Shown here: piece by piece, positions 20,824 through 31,382 of the stretch
How the letters are laid out: each line of letters opens with the position of its first letter
Position numbering within the stretch: position 1 is the stretch's first letter
NCBI GenBank assembly: GCA_032250835.1
Contig: JAVVEA010000001.1
Span: 320,001 to 384,000, forward strand
Source of the DNA: a bacterium
GTDB lineage: Bacteria > SAR324 > XYD2-FULL-50-16
Direction: 5' to 3'
DNA: 64,000 bases
Made by a program: the position numbers and the translations under genes
The notes under the pieces: generated by a model
The model's input: the letters and a program-made list of their open reading frames with translations, nothing else
Database searches by the model: none
Told to the model about the DNA's origin: nothing

Positions 20824-22171
20824 CCATGCCGCCGGGGCCACCCATCATGTTCTGCATGGCCCTCATGCTTTTCTTGCCGCCCATAGAAGAAAACTTTTTC
20901 ATCATCTTCTTCATTTGGGTAAAGTTCTTTAAAAGGCGATTCACGTCACTTACCTGGGTTCCACTGCCTTTGGCAACCCTTACTTTTCGGGGCCCGCTGA
21001 TGACACTAGGGTTTTCCCGCTCCGCCAAGGTCATCGAATTGATGATCGCCTCAACCTTGACCAGATTCTTGTCGTCCAGCTCCCCGCCTTGGGGGAGGTT
21101 AGCACCCACGCCGGGGATCATCTTCATCAAGTCACCCAGGCTGCCCATTTTGCGGATCTGGCGCAGTTGGTCGCGGAAATCGGTTAAGGTAAAATCATTT
21201 TGGCGGAGCTTCTGTTCCATCTTCTTGGCATCGGCCAAGTTGATGTGCTCCTGGGCTTTTTCGATCAACCCCACCATGTCGCCCATCCCCAAGATACGCG
21301 AAGCGATCCGGTCGGGATAAAAGGGCTCCAAATCTTCAATCTTTTCGCCTACGCCTATAAACTTCACCGGCTGCCCGGTGATGGCGCGGATCGAAAGGGC
21401 CGCACCGCCGCGCGCATCGCCGTCCATCTTGGTCAGGATAAATCCGGTGATCCCTAACCGTTCGTGGAAAGCGTTGGCCACGTTGACCGCTTCTTGACCG
21501 GTCATGGCGTCGGCGACAAACAAAATTTCGTCAATAGGCACCCGGGCCTTGATGGCTTCCAGCTCGGCCATTAACTGGTCGTCGATCTGCAAGCGGCCTG
21601 CGGTATCGATCATCAAATAGTCCGCCAGCTGCCTTCCCGCTTCCTCGTAGGCCAACATGGCGATATCTGCGGCGGCTTGTTGGCTGTTAGAGTCGTAACA
21701 AGCAACGCCCACTTCCTTCGAGAGCACCTTAAGCTGCTCAATAGCCGCCGGACGGTAGATATCCGCGCTGGCCAGAAACATCTTTTTGCCGTCTTTTTTT
21801 AACCGGCGCGCCAATTTGGCGGTGGTGGTGGTCTTACCAGAACCCTGCAAGCCAACCATCATCACCACCGTGGGCGACTTTTCCGAACGGTTCAGCGCAT
21901 GGTTCTCGGTGCCCATCATCTGGGCTAGTTCGTCGTTGACGATCTTGATGAATTGTTGAGCGGGGCTCAAGCTACCCATCACCTCTTGACCTAAGGCGCG
22001 TTTCTTGACGGATTTCAAAAAGGAATTAACTACCCGATAATTGACATCCGCTTCGAGCAATGCCATTTTTACTTCCTTCAAGGAAGCCTGGATATTGCTC
22101 TCGCTCAGCACACCCTTGTTGGTGAGCTTCTTGAATGCGGAGTTAAATTTTTGGGTCAGTGAATCAAACAT
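20813..22171 (-). CDS. ffh: Signal recognition particle protein
   Basis: [24 protein letters not shown], Met-rich M domain. Confidence 0.98.
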   Translation of the reverse strand: MFDSLTQKFNSAFKKLTNKGVLSESNIQASLKEVKMALLEADVNYRVVNSFLKSVKKRALGQEVMGSLSPAQQFIKIVNDELAQMMGTENHALNRSEKSPTVVMMVGLQGSGKTTTTAKLARRLKKDGKKMFLASADIYRPAAIEQLKVLSKEVGVACYDSNSQQAAADIAMLAYEEAGRQLADYLMIDTAGRLQIDDQLMAELEAIKARVPIDEILFVADAMTGQEAVNVANAFHERLGITGFILTKMDGDARGGAALSIRAITGQPVKFIGVGEKIEDLEPFYPDRIASRILGMGDMVGLIEKAQEHINLADAKKMEQKLRQNDFTLTDFRDQLRQIRKMGSLGDLMKMIPGVGANLPQGGELDDKNLVKVEAIINSMTLAERENPSVISGPRKVRVAKGSGTQVSDVNRLLKNFTQMKKMMKKFSSMGGKKSMRAMQNMMGGPGGMGPF

Positions 22172-22217
22172 CCTTTTCGCCTGTCGACGATCCCATTCAG
22201 GTAAATCCTAGAGCCTA

Positions 22218-22745
22218 GTGATGAAAACTTTCCTTGTCAATCCCCTGCTTCGCTGGGGCTGGTTTTTTTTAATTCTGCTGGGAGGTTGCGGATTCCAACT
22301 AAATCGGAATCAGGTAGGATTACCGGCCGGTGCACGCCATATTAGCCTAGCCGAGGTCTCTAACCAGACCTTCATCCCTCGGCTCGACATTGACCTCAAA
22401 CAACGGCTGGCCGGGCTCTTTAGCCGCGCTTCGGTGCCGGTGAAGTCGGTCCAGGCCGCGGATCTGGCCTTCAAGGTGGTTATCGTTAACTCCACCCAAA
22501 GCCGCGAAGACCTGGCCGAGTTCAACGGGCAAACCTACCGATTTGTGGTGATCCATACTGCCTTGTTGAGCGTAACCGACAACCGCACCGGTAAGATGCT
22601 TTTTGACAAAGCCCCGGTAGATGGACGTTTTGACTTCGAGACCCAGTCAACCCAGCTAACCACCGACCAAACCCTAGAAGCTCGGCGCAAGGCGCTTGAC
22701 CAATTGGCCCAAGGGCTGGCCAACAAATTGACCCAAAACTTTTAG
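22218..22745 (+). CDS. lptE: LPS assembly lipoprotein LptE-like
   Basis: Lipobox LGGC followed by GFQL; size and pattern fit LptE. Confidence 0.7.
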   Translation: MMKTFLVNPLLRWGWFFLILLGGCGFQLNRNQVGLPAGARHISLAEVSNQTFIPRLDIDLKQRLAGLFSRASVPVKSVQAADLAFKVVIVNSTQSREDLAEFNGQTYRFVVIHTALLSVTDNRTGKMLFDKAPVDGRFDFETQSTQLTTDQTLEARRKALDQLAQGLANKLTQNF

Positions 22746-22915
22746 TTCGCCCGCTTTTCGGCCCGCTCGATCAGCAACAAGGGAATTCCCTCTTCGATCG
22801 GGTAATGCAGTTGGCAAGCGGCACATTCCAAAGCACCGCCATCGGTATTTTCGCTTAAGTCGCCCTTACAGGCTGGGCAAGCGAGTAGCTCAAGGTATTC
22901 TGGGCTAAGGCTCAT
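22742..22915 (-). CDS. Trm112/YcaR family small zinc-binding protein (57 aa, absent from ORF track)
   Basis: Manual translation [20 protein letters not shown]...[24 protein letters not shown] overlap with the pgi stop. Confidence 0.9.
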   Translation of the reverse strand: MSLSPEYLELLACPACKGDLSENTDGGALECAACQLHYPIEEGIPLLLIERAEKRAN

Positions 22916-24534
22916 GAGGGTTGGCTCCGTTGGTGGTAAAAGTTTAGCTGTGCGGCCGTCGAGGCATCCTGCTCCGGTGACACCTGCCCGGACTTTAAAT
23001 CTTCTAAGATCCCTTTAGCCAGTTGTTTACCCAGCTCGACGCCCCATTGGTCGAAGGAGTAGATGTTCCACAAGATCCCTTGCACAAAGATTTTGTGTTC
23101 ATAAAGGGCAATCAACGCCCCCAGGCTTTCGGGTGTCAACTTGGCGGCCAGCAGCGAGGTGCTCGGGCGGTTGCCTTCAAAGAGCTTAAAGGGAATCAGC
23201 TCCTCTGGGCAGGACTCCGCCTTGAGTTCTTTGATCCCCTTACCAAAGGCCAGGGCCTTTTGCTGGGCAAAGAAATTAGCCATCAATTTTTCTTGATGGT
23301 CGCCCAACTCGTTTAAGGGCTGAACAAAGCCGATGAAGTCGCAGGGGATTAGCTTGGTGCCCTGATGGATCAACTGATAAAAGGCATGTTGCCCACCGGT
23401 GCCGGGCTCGCCCCATACGATCGGGCCGGTCTGGTAGTTGACCGGGCGGCCTTGGCGGTCCGTTCCTTTGCCGTTTGATTCCATATCGCCTTGCTGGAAA
23501 TAAGCAGGAAAGCGGCTGAGGTATTGACTATAGGGAAGCAACGCGACCGACTGGGCCCCAAAGAAGTTGTTGTACCAAAGTCCTACCAAGGCCAGATTGA
23601 CCGGCAAGTTTTCGGCCATGGGGGCTTCTAAGAAGTGTTGGTCCATGGCGTAGAACCCGGCGCGTAGGGCATCGAAGACCTCAGGCCCCAAGCCCAAGAC
23701 CAAAGACAAGCCAATGGCCGAAGTCAGAGAGTAACGCCCGCCAACCCAATCCCAAAACTCAAAAACATTTTCCTTGGCAATGCCAAAGGCTTGCACTGCC
23801 TCTAAGTTGGTCGAAAGCGCAACGAAGTGCTGGGCTACCGCCTTTTCCTCGCCCAAAGCCGCCAGCAACCAATCTTTAGCGCTATAGGCGTTGGTCATGG
23901 TTTCTTGGGTGGTGAAGGTCTTGCTGGCCACGATAAACAAGGTTTCCTCGGGGTCCAAACCCACCAGGGCCTCAGAGATATGGGCTCCGTCGATATTCGA
24001 GACAAACTCCACCTTCAAGTCCCGCTTGGAATAAAATTTTAGGGCCTCATAAACCATCTGGGGCCCCAAATCGGACCCGCCGATCCCGATATTGACAATG
24101 TTTTTTAGTTTTTTGCCCGTAAAGCCCAAGAACCGGCCCTCATGCACCCGATGGGCAAAGGAGGTCATCTTTTCAACCACCGCCACCACACCAGGCATAA
24201 CGTCTTGCCCGTCGACCATCATCGGCTTGCCCGAAAGGTTGCGCAGCGCCATATGCATCACCGCCCGATTTTCAGTGCGGTTGATCTTTTCTCCGCGGGC
24301 CATGGCGGCGGCCTCCTGGGGCACCTTAAGGGCGACAGCTAGATCTTGCAGTAGCGATAAGGTCTCGCCGGTCAGGCGATTTTTAGAGAAGTCCACCCGC
24401 CATCCAGCGGCTTCAAGGGTCAGCGCATCGACTCGGTTTGGGTCGGCGGCAAAGAGGTCGCGCAAGTGGAGGTTTTCGACCTGGGCGTAGTGCGCCTCAA
24501 GTTTGCGCCACTCGGGCGTATCGGTAGGATTCAT
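22912..24534 (-). CDS. pgi: Glucose-6-phosphate isomerase
   Basis: [43 protein letters not shown]. Confidence 0.98.
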   Translation of the reverse strand: MNPTDTPEWRKLEAHYAQVENLHLRDLFAADPNRVDALTLEAAGWRVDFSKNRLTGETLSLLQDLAVALKVPQEAAAMARGEKINRTENRAVMHMALRNLSGKPMMVDGQDVMPGVVAVVEKMTSFAHRVHEGRFLGFTGKKLKNIVNIGIGGSDLGPQMVYEALKFYSKRDLKVEFVSNIDGAHISEALVGLDPEETLFIVASKTFTTQETMTNAYSAKDWLLAALGEEKAVAQHFVALSTNLEAVQAFGIAKENVFEFWDWVGGRYSLTSAIGLSLVLGLGPEVFDALRAGFYAMDQHFLEAPMAENLPVNLALVGLWYNNFFGAQSVALLPYSQYLSRFPAYFQQGDMESNGKGTDRQGRPVNYQTGPIVWGEPGTGGQHAFYQLIHQGTKLIPCDFIGFVQPLNELGDHQEKLMANFFAQQKALAFGKGIKELKAESCPEELIPFKLFEGNRPSTSLLAAKLTPESLGALIALYEHKIFVQGILWNIYSFDQWGVELGKQLAKGILEDLKSGQVSPEQDASTAAQLNFYHQRSQPS

Positions 24535-24662
24535 CAGCAGCCCCAGACAAAAGGTTTGTTTAGATCATACCCATCATTGCTGGATTTGCCTAGTCCAAAG
24601 AAACTTGCCAATTTGTTGGAGTGCGCTTAGTCTAGGTAAACTCTTAGCGCCGATTTATCGAG

Positions 24663-25130
24663 ATGAATTTTTTCGACCTGACCTTTCTTTTAGTGACCCT
24701 TTTCTTTGGCCTATTGGCTTGGTTTAAAGGGCCGATCTTCGAAGCCATCGGACTAGCGGGCTGTTTGGGCGGTTTTTTTGTCGCCGAACGTTTACTTAGG
24801 GCCGGTAAACTAGCGGAACTAACCGGCGGCTGGCTTCAATCCACGCTCATGAACTACGCGGCTATCTGCCTAGCTGGTTGGTTGGTCGGGCTGCTGTTGG
24901 GGCGATTGGCAACGGCCTTGGGCCTGCACCCGCCTAAAGCAACAGGCCTAAAATACTTGGCTTTGTTCCTGGGGCTTTTTAAGTCTCAGGTGATCAACGT
25001 GATGATCTACGCGTTGGTAGTGCTTTACGTACCTTCCTTTGACGATGACCTGAACCGCTCCATGCTGCGTGGCTGGCTGGGCGGAATGCACCATCTGCTG
25101 GGTGGTGCGAAACTTGCTTTGATAGGTTAG
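24663..25130 (+). CDS. cvpA: CvpA family membrane protein
   Basis: MNFFD..., G...G...E, four TM helices, LG..K...S pattern. Confidence 0.7.
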   Translation: MNFFDLTFLLVTLFFGLLAWFKGPIFEAIGLAGCLGGFFVAERLLRAGKLAELTGGWLQSTLMNYAAICLAGWLVGLLLGRLATALGLHPPKATGLKYLALFLGLFKSQVINVMIYALVVLYVPSFDDDLNRSMLRGWLGGMHHLLGGAKLALIG

Positions 25131-25219
25131 GATAACCAACTAACGCCCCAGGGACCGGCTTGTAGCACAAAAGCCAGACCAGTCCGCCGGGTAACAACCG
25201 CCAAAGCGAATCCGGGCCA

Positions 25220-26836
25220 ATGTCCAAATCCCAGGTTCTTCAAATTATGCTCACTGCTGCCCTGCTCACGGGTTGCGGCTGGTTCGGCTCTGATCCGAAG
25301 CCGCCGGAGTCTGCCCTGAGTAGTAACGCAACCGCAGAACAGCAAACCCCCGAAGAATCCAGTTGGTTCGGCAATCTTTTCACCTTAGAAAAGGACCAAA
25401 CCGCGCAAGCGCAACCCCCAGAAGCCGCCGCAGCCCCTAAATCAGAGCCCGAGCCCCCAACGGAGCCGGTAGCTCGCCAGTCCAACTGGACTCTGGCCGG
25501 CTGGATCAAAGGGCTATGGGGTAGTGCTAGTGTGTCGGTCCCGATGAACGAATTGGGCGGCCTAGACGAAATTGCTGAGGGCAATGAAGCGGACCGAAAA
25601 GCCAAACTCCAAGCCTTTATCGCCGCTAAATTGCAACGGATTGACCGGATCTACGTGCAGAGCTTTACGGGTGAAAACTTAAGCGAGGTCCGCAAGGGCC
25701 TGTTCGCGGCCCTAGAGCAACAAAGTCATTATGAGGTGGTGGAGATATTGCCCGATGATATGGAATCCACGGCGGTCCTTCGGATCAAAGTAGAAGACTA
25801 CAATATCTGGGACAGTGAAGAAAAATTCGACCTCCCCAAAGCGGAGCTCTACGCTGAAGAAGCCCGCAAGTTGCTCCCACGCCAAATTGTACGCCGTAAT
25901 GCTCTGGTGGGCGTCAGCTTGTCGCTCTTTGATGCCCAAACGGGCATGCCGCTGGTACGCGGGATCTATTCACAACCCTTCCAGCAAATTTACGTCGGGG
26001 ACGATATCGCCAAGATGCCCAAAGCACCGCGTGAGATGCAACGTCTGACCACCATCTTGATCACCAAAATCCTCAACGCCTTTAACGCCAAAGAAACAGA
26101 TCTATTCGGCAAAAACGATTTAGACCTGGAACGGGGCACCAGTTGGGGCTGGTTTGCCGACGAAATCCACGACCCAGGAGATCGGCGTATCATGAAAGGG
26201 ATCAAGCTCGCCGAGGTCGGCGAAATCGAACAAGCAGTCGGTCTGTTTAAGCTGGTTCTTTACGCACCGGACCGAACAGAGCCCCAAGAAATTTACCGCA
26301 GCAACCGGGCCAGCGCCTATTACAACCTAGGCATACTCTACCAATCCCAAGGCGACCATCTCTTTGCCGCCAAAATGTTTTCTCAGGCCAACCGCTTGGT
26401 GCAGAAGCTAAAATATGCCCAAGCCTGGGGCGATAACATGCACGCCTGGATCGACCAGAAGTCGGACAGCCAACGCAACCAAGAGATAGAGGTGGTTTTG
26501 CCTGAGCCCAAGGATGTGCAGGACCCCCCGAAGAAACGGCCCGATGTAATCCAGATTTTAGAGTCCAATCCCAATTTATTGCTGAATGCCCAAGACCTTT
26601 GGCCCTTGGAGCCTTCCATTAAAAATGCCGAACCCGGCCAGCTCAACGGAACCCAACGCAGCAGCCTGGACGCTCCGGCGCGACACTTTGACAAGCAAGG
26701 CTACATCGACCGCGGGCTAGACGATCAGCCGCCGGCTCCGCTGCCTTGGCGTAAGCCCGACCCCATGTCGGCGTCGGAGAGCCAGCAGATGCCCCAAAAC
26801 CAACCGGGCGGTGGGTTGATCCTGCCTGCCAACTAG
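25220..26836 (+). CDS. Lipoprotein with CsgG/TolB-N-like domain and TPR
   Basis: Lipobox LTGC; VSLSLFDAQTG; TPR ASAYYNLGILYQSQG. Confidence 0.6.
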   Translation: MSKSQVLQIMLTAALLTGCGWFGSDPKPPESALSSNATAEQQTPEESSWFGNLFTLEKDQTAQAQPPEAAAAPKSEPEPPTEPVARQSNWTLAGWIKGLWGSASVSVPMNELGGLDEIAEGNEADRKAKLQAFIAAKLQRIDRIYVQSFTGENLSEVRKGLFAALEQQSHYEVVEILPDDMESTAVLRIKVEDYNIWDSEEKFDLPKAELYAEEARKLLPRQIVRRNALVGVSLSLFDAQTGMPLVRGIYSQPFQQIYVGDDIAKMPKAPREMQRLTTILITKILNAFNAKETDLFGKNDLDLERGTSWGWFADEIHDPGDRRIMKGIKLAEVGEIEQAVGLFKLVLYAPDRTEPQEIYRSNRASAYYNLGILYQSQGDHLFAAKMFSQANRLVQKLKYAQAWGDNMHAWIDQKSDSQRNQEIEVVLPEPKDVQDPPKKRPDVIQILESNPNLLLNAQDLWPLEPSIKNAEPGQLNGTQRSSLDAPARHFDKQGYIDRGLDDQPPAPLPWRKPDPMSASESQQMPQNQPGGGLILPAN

Positions 26837-26841
26837 CGGAC

Positions 26842-26870
26842 TTGCCCCTTAAAGGGCTTTGCACTAAACT
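26842..26870 (+). promoter_or_regulatory. Putative sigma70 promoter
   Basis: TTGCCC-17 bp-TAAACT upstream of 26897. Confidence 0.4.
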
Positions 26871-26896
26871 AGCGCAACCCCACCACAGGAGATGCG

Positions 26897-28042
26897 ATGA
26901 GACCGGCAAGATTTTTAACCCTACTGCTCGCCTTGATGTTATTGGCCACCCCCCTTTGGGCCGACGTAATCGGCAAAGGCAGCGCCGAGATATTCAACGG
27001 CAATGAAGGAGCCGCCCGCTCCCAAGCGAAACGCAACGCCCTACGCGATGCGGTAGAAAAAGGGGTCGGCACCTTGATCGACGCCAACACCCGGGTCGAA
27101 AACTGGCAGGTGATCCGCGACGAGGTCTATACCTCCGCCCAAGGGTTTGTTTCTAGCTACAAAACCCTCAAGGACGCTAAAGAAGGCACGTCTTGGGTGG
27201 TGGAGATCGACGCGGTAGTCTCTACGGAGATGCTCAAAGACAAGCTGGGGGAGCTACGGATCCTACATAAAAAGATGGGCAACAAACGGTTGCTGGTGAT
27301 CTACCGGGCCGAAGACGACAAAGCCCTTGAGGATGACCACCCGGCGGTTAATGCAGCCCAAGGGGAAATCCAAAGCCTGCTCAACGATGCGGGCTTTCGG
27401 GTTTTTGACGCTAAGTCGGTGGACCGGATCAAGGCCATGCGGCGTGGGGAAGCGGTTCGCGGGATGGAGGAGTGGATGAAGATCGCTGCCGAGCAACAGG
27501 CCGATATCTTGGCCGAATTTGAGCTCTCCACCAATCTAGGCACCCGTGGCGCCTTTGAGGTACAGGCCGCCAAGGTGGCTATGAAGATGCGGGTCTACGA
27601 CGTGAGCACCGGACGGCTGATCGCCACCCAGTTTGCCGAACAAAAACAACTGACCAACGCCCGGCCCGGTAGTTTTGACTGGCGCAGCGCCCTCAGCGGT
27701 GCGGCCCAAAAAGCGGCCGACCAAGCGACCGGCGAGGGCATCCAAAATATCGTCAAGTTTTACCAAAAGGTAGGCGACCTGGGTAACGGCTTCTACATGC
27801 GCTTTACTGGCTTTTCCGAAGACGAGGAAGACCAAATCTTAGCGGTCTTGGAGAACTTAGACGGTTACCAGAGCCTTTCGGAGCTGAAAAACGATACCGA
27901 AACCATCGAGATCGAATACTTCAGCAGCCTCCAAAAAAGCCAACTGCGCCGCAAGCTAAAGCTCAAAGCCAAAGAGAAGGGGGTGCGGATCAAGTCCCAA
28001 GAAGTCAGCGGCAACCGCTTCGACTTCGTTAAACAGTATTAG
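26897..28042 (+). CDS. Secreted protein with FlgT N-terminal-like domain
   Basis: Signal peptide; G.A.I......AR..A..NALR.AVE..G..I pattern; RVYDVSTGRLIA. Confidence 0.65.
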   Translation: MRPARFLTLLLALMLLATPLWADVIGKGSAEIFNGNEGAARSQAKRNALRDAVEKGVGTLIDANTRVENWQVIRDEVYTSAQGFVSSYKTLKDAKEGTSWVVEIDAVVSTEMLKDKLGELRILHKKMGNKRLLVIYRAEDDKALEDDHPAVNAAQGEIQSLLNDAGFRVFDAKSVDRIKAMRRGEAVRGMEEWMKIAAEQQADILAEFELSTNLGTRGAFEVQAAKVAMKMRVYDVSTGRLIATQFAEQKQLTNARPGSFDWRSALSGAAQKAADQATGEGIQNIVKFYQKVGDLGNGFYMRFTGFSEDEEDQILAVLENLDGYQSLSELKNDTETIEIEYFSSLQKSQLRRKLKLKAKEKGVRIKSQEVSGNRFDFVKQY

Positions 28043-28049
28043 GCCCTTT

Positions 28050-28076
28050 AAGCCCCGCCCTGCGGGGCTTTTTTTT
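28050..28076 (+). terminator. Intrinsic terminator
   Basis: AAGCCCCGC-CCT-GCGGGGCTT followed by a T run, between convergent genes. Confidence 0.85.
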
Positions 28077-28079
28077 GGC

Positions 28080-29522
28080 CTAAACCTTGGCGGCCAAGGG
28101 GGTGATGCAGTACACCTCGTGCCAGCCGCTGACTCCCTTTAACTTTGCCTCTTGCGGCTCAGGTAGGGGGCCTAGGGACTGCAAACGGCTCAAGACCTCG
28201 GGCTGATCCATCACCGGACGGGTGAAGCGGATTTCCCCCGCCTGTGCAAGTCCCTGAACCCGAGCGGCAATGTTGATGGTTTGCCCAAAAAAGTCTAAGG
28301 ACTGATTGGCGTTGACCGCAATAGCTGCCCCGGAATGCAACCCAACCTTCAACCCCAAACGCCCCGCCCCGAGTCCTTCGTTAAATTCCTCGATGGAACG
28401 AAGCATGGTGAAGGCCGCATCCAGGGCGTCTGAAGCCTTAGAAAAGCTAGCCATGATGGCGTCGCCCATGGTTTTGACTAAAGCTCCTCGGTGCTGGCGT
28501 ACTGCTTGGGTGAGGAGGTCAAAATGGGTGTGGACCAATTGGTAGGCTTGGCGGTCGCCGGTACTCCCGTAAAGCTCCGTGCTCCCCTTAAGGTCCGTAA
28601 ACAAGATGGTCAAGTCCCGCAGGTTCAAGCTCAAGTCCACCGGCAGATTTTGGACCGGAAACAGCTCGCGGAAGGGCTGATGGTTCAGCATGTCTTTACC
28701 GGAAACAAAGGGCGTAAACTGGGGTGGTCCAGCCTGGATTAGACCAAACAAATGGGCTTGGTCGGTATAAAGCAGCAAAGCCCCGGCGCGGTGGCCCAAT
28801 TCGTTGCGGAGGTTCACTTCAAGCGGCCCTGGACCGACCTCGACACCGATGGGTTCGAATCCGGCGGCGGTCAAACGGAGTTCTACCGGGCCCAAGGGAC
28901 CGCCTTCGACAATGTTCAGGTAGACCCGGGCATCATTTTCCAGGCTGATCACCCGGAACCGCTCTCCGACTTGGGCAAAAGCGGTCAAATGGCCGGTTTC
29001 GCCTGGATCCAGCCCCACAAAACCCCGTTTAGCTTGGTTTTCAATAAACTGCGCCACGGGCTCCGAACGGCGCAGGTGTTCAGAAAAGCAATAGGCTTCA
29101 TAGGAAGGGGCGTCCTTAAAGGGATCAAAATCTGGCTCGCCTAGTTCGCGGGCTAGGCGGAAGTTGATTTCCACCTGATCGTCCAAATGGGCAGTCATGT
29201 CGCCTTCGCAAAGGGTGCAATAAAAGCCGGTGTCCAGCAGATTCAGACTCCCTTGCCCATGAACCAAGCTCCCGCAATAACTACAATGGTTATCCCAAGT
29301 CATCTCCAGCAACCCAGCTTTGACGCCCACCAAAAGTAAGGGGTTGAGCCGGTCCGTCTCTATACCCAAGGCCTGTGCCAGATGAGTGGGCGAGAAACGA
29401 GCGAGCTTGGAGGGCGGCAATTGGTCGAGCTTTTCTAACACCCTCCGGGCGTTGCTCGGGTCTTCTAAGAGCAGATTCAGAAAGCGCTCTTTAGCGCGTT
29501 GGTAAGCGATGGCGTCGATCAT
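28080..29522 (-). CDS. Class III adenylate/guanylate cyclase with N-terminal Cys-motif (DUF5939-like) domain
   Basis: FTDLKGST, KTMGDAIM, DFFGQTINIAARVQ; N-terminal CSYC and CTLC. Confidence 0.9.
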   Translation of the reverse strand: MIDAIAYQRAKERFLNLLLEDPSNARRVLEKLDQLPPSKLARFSPTHLAQALGIETDRLNPLLLVGVKAGLLEMTWDNHCSYCGSLVHGQGSLNLLDTGFYCTLCEGDMTAHLDDQVEINFRLARELGEPDFDPFKDAPSYEAYCFSEHLRRSEPVAQFIENQAKRGFVGLDPGETGHLTAFAQVGERFRVISLENDARVYLNIVEGGPLGPVELRLTAAGFEPIGVEVGPGPLEVNLRNELGHRAGALLLYTDQAHLFGLIQAGPPQFTPFVSGKDMLNHQPFRELFPVQNLPVDLSLNLRDLTILFTDLKGSTELYGSTGDRQAYQLVHTHFDLLTQAVRQHRGALVKTMGDAIMASFSKASDALDAAFTMLRSIEEFNEGLGAGRLGLKVGLHSGAAIAVNANQSLDFFGQTINIAARVQGLAQAGEIRFTRPVMDQPEVLSRLQSLGPLPEPQEAKLKGVSGWHEVYCITPLAAKV

Positions 29523-30187
29523 GGAGCTTCCTTCAGGTCCGGGAAGAGGGGGTAATCTTGGGTCTTGCGCTCTAGCAGTTCCAGTGCCCAGAGACCCAGC
29601 TTGGCGGCCTTGGGGTCCTTTTGCTCCTGCCAGCGCCGCTGCAATTGTTTCAACTCACCCACCAGGGCTTCCGGCGGTAGCTGGGCCAGACGCCGAAATT
29701 CGCGGTCCGCCAGCGCCTGGGTCAATTGTGCCCAATGAGGGCGCAGCAGGGTCAGGTTGGTCTGGGCCCGCTCGCTAGCCTCCCCTGGGTCCAGTTGCTG
29801 GACCTGTTCAAAACGAGAGATCGCCCAAGTCAGCAGCTCTAAGGCTTGAGCCGGGTCTTGCGCCCGCTGGGCTGATTGGGCGTATTTTAGCCCCAATTCA
29901 TAGCCAATTCTAGCCCGCAAGGAATCGTCTAAGTCCGAAGATGCCAGAAGCTGTTGCAGCGCCTCTATCTGTGCGGCAGGTTCAAGCTCTTGGGTCAGGG
30001 AAATCCGGTTGAAGGCAGCAAGCGGAGCTTCGGCTTCAGCCGATTGGGCGGGCGGCGCTTGGGCCTGCCAAGCGTCCAATTGGCGGATTGGGCCCAAACC
30101 GGCCCAAATCCCCCAGCCGGGACCTAAAACAAGGCCCAGCGCCAAAATCGACAAACTTAAAATGAGACGCGGTGAGGGGCGGGTCAT
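29519..30187 (-). CDS. Membrane-anchored TPR-like hypothetical protein
   Basis: N-terminal hydrophobic segment; YELG, AI..F....LDP, A..NL.LL; 4-bp overlap with the cyclase gene. Confidence 0.6.
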   Translation of the reverse strand: MTRPSPRLILSLSILALGLVLGPGWGIWAGLGPIRQLDAWQAQAPPAQSAEAEAPLAAFNRISLTQELEPAAQIEALQQLLASSDLDDSLRARIGYELGLKYAQSAQRAQDPAQALELLTWAISRFEQVQQLDPGEASERAQTNLTLLRPHWAQLTQALADREFRRLAQLPPEALVGELKQLQRRWQEQKDPKAAKLGLWALELLERKTQDYPLFPDLKEAP

Positions 30188-30275
30188 GGAGTCGCAAGCT
30201 ATAGGTCGGACCCCAAAAAGCGTAGAGGGGCCAAGGTTTTTTGTAGTCTAAAACCTTGAGCCCTAATTGGGCAAG

Positions 30276-30782
30276 CTAGAGCATGCGTGGAGCGCAACTG
30301 AAGCGCAGGCCTTCGTCGCGTTTATGGTCCAGGTAGGTCCAGTAAGAAAGATTGCATACAGCACCGTCAGTCTCCCACTTCCAACTCCAAAGGATATGGT
30401 TGTCCACCAGCATCTTCTTGGTTTCCCCAATCCCCAATTGCTTGAGCTTGGTCCAGAGGTCAGCAAAGTTGATGTCAAAACGGTTGCTGTCTTTGCGCAT
30501 CACCAACACCAAGCCCTTGTCGGTCCACTGCATCAAACCGGCCTTTAAGGCCCGCTGGATGGAGCGGGGCGGCTTGCCCATCGCTTCAAAGGAAAGGTTG
30601 GCGAGGCCGTCGGGGCGCAACTGGTCCACAAACTCACGGGCGCTGGCCAAGTTTAGTTGCCGTGGGTCGCCAGCGCTGAGGTCTAGGGGGACCAATCCCT
30701 GTGGCATCTCCGGGTCGGTGGCAACGGTGACCACCTGGGGCGGTACCCAGCTTTTTAACCAATCAACAATAGGCGTCAACAT
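30276..30782 (-). CDS. Hypothetical protein
   Basis: AAGGAGG ribosome-binding site before ATG; fits gene order. Confidence 0.65.
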   Translation of the reverse strand: MLTPIVDWLKSWVPPQVVTVATDPEMPQGLVPLDLSAGDPRQLNLASAREFVDQLRPDGLANLSFEAMGKPPRSIQRALKAGLMQWTDKGLVLVMRKDSNRFDINFADLWTKLKQLGIGETKKMLVDNHILWSWKWETDGAVCNLSYWTYLDHKRDEGLRFSCAPRML

Positions 30783-30839
30783 AGGGCCTCCTTAGGGGGT
30801 TTCTCTCCCTAAGGATACAAGTTCCGCGCCAGAGCGGCT

Positions 30840-31382
30840 CTAATTTTGCGCCGAGGAGACCCGCTTGGTGCCCAGCTGATTCCCCTGGGCATCAAAATAG
30901 ACCACTTTCTGTGGGTCATCATCCTGATTATAAAAAACATGTACCGATTTATAACCCAGCTTTTCGACGGCCGATTCCTTAAAATCCACCTCGGCGTAGA
31001 CGATCTTGCCACTCTCATCAAAGCGGCGCAGGTAGCGAAGATATTGGCGTTCGTTGGGTAGTTCCTCGGGCGAGAAGCGAAGGTCCTCTTGGATCTTGCC
31101 CATTTCAAACCATTTGACCTCCTGGCGATTAAAGCCCAAGTTGGCGGCGGCCTCCTCCAGGGGAATCCGCACCTCAAACCGCTCGCGGCCTTGGTCATCG
31201 TAGTAAGTGGTGCGCTCCTGCAATCGAGAGCGCAGGTCCTGGGCTTGGCGCAGCGTCTTGCCGCCAAATTGATTTTTTTGCTCGATGACCTCCCCTTGCG
31301 GCTCACAAGCAGCAACCCACAACAGCAAGGCCAACAAAATGGCTTTAGAGATCAAAACCCAAGGTGATTTTGGCAAATACAT
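30840..31382 (-). CDS. Hypothetical lipoprotein
   Basis: Lipobox VAAC; repeated YYD..G / YFD..G beta-hairpin-like motifs. Confidence 0.65.
   Translation of the reverse strand: MYLPKSPWVLISKAILLALLLWVAACEPQGEVIEQKNQFGGKTLRQAQDLRSRLQERTTYYDDQGRERFEVRIPLEEAAANLGFNRQEVKWFEMGKIQEDLRFSPEELPNERQYLRYLRRFDESGKIVYAEVDFKESAVEKLGYKSVHVFYNQDDDPQKVVYFDAQGNQLGTKRVSSAQN

Noticed and set aside
29533..29549. TCAGGTCCGGGAAG resembling the SRP RNA core
   Set aside because: Lacks the GGAAGCAGC continuation and flanking long stem, and lies inside a coding region
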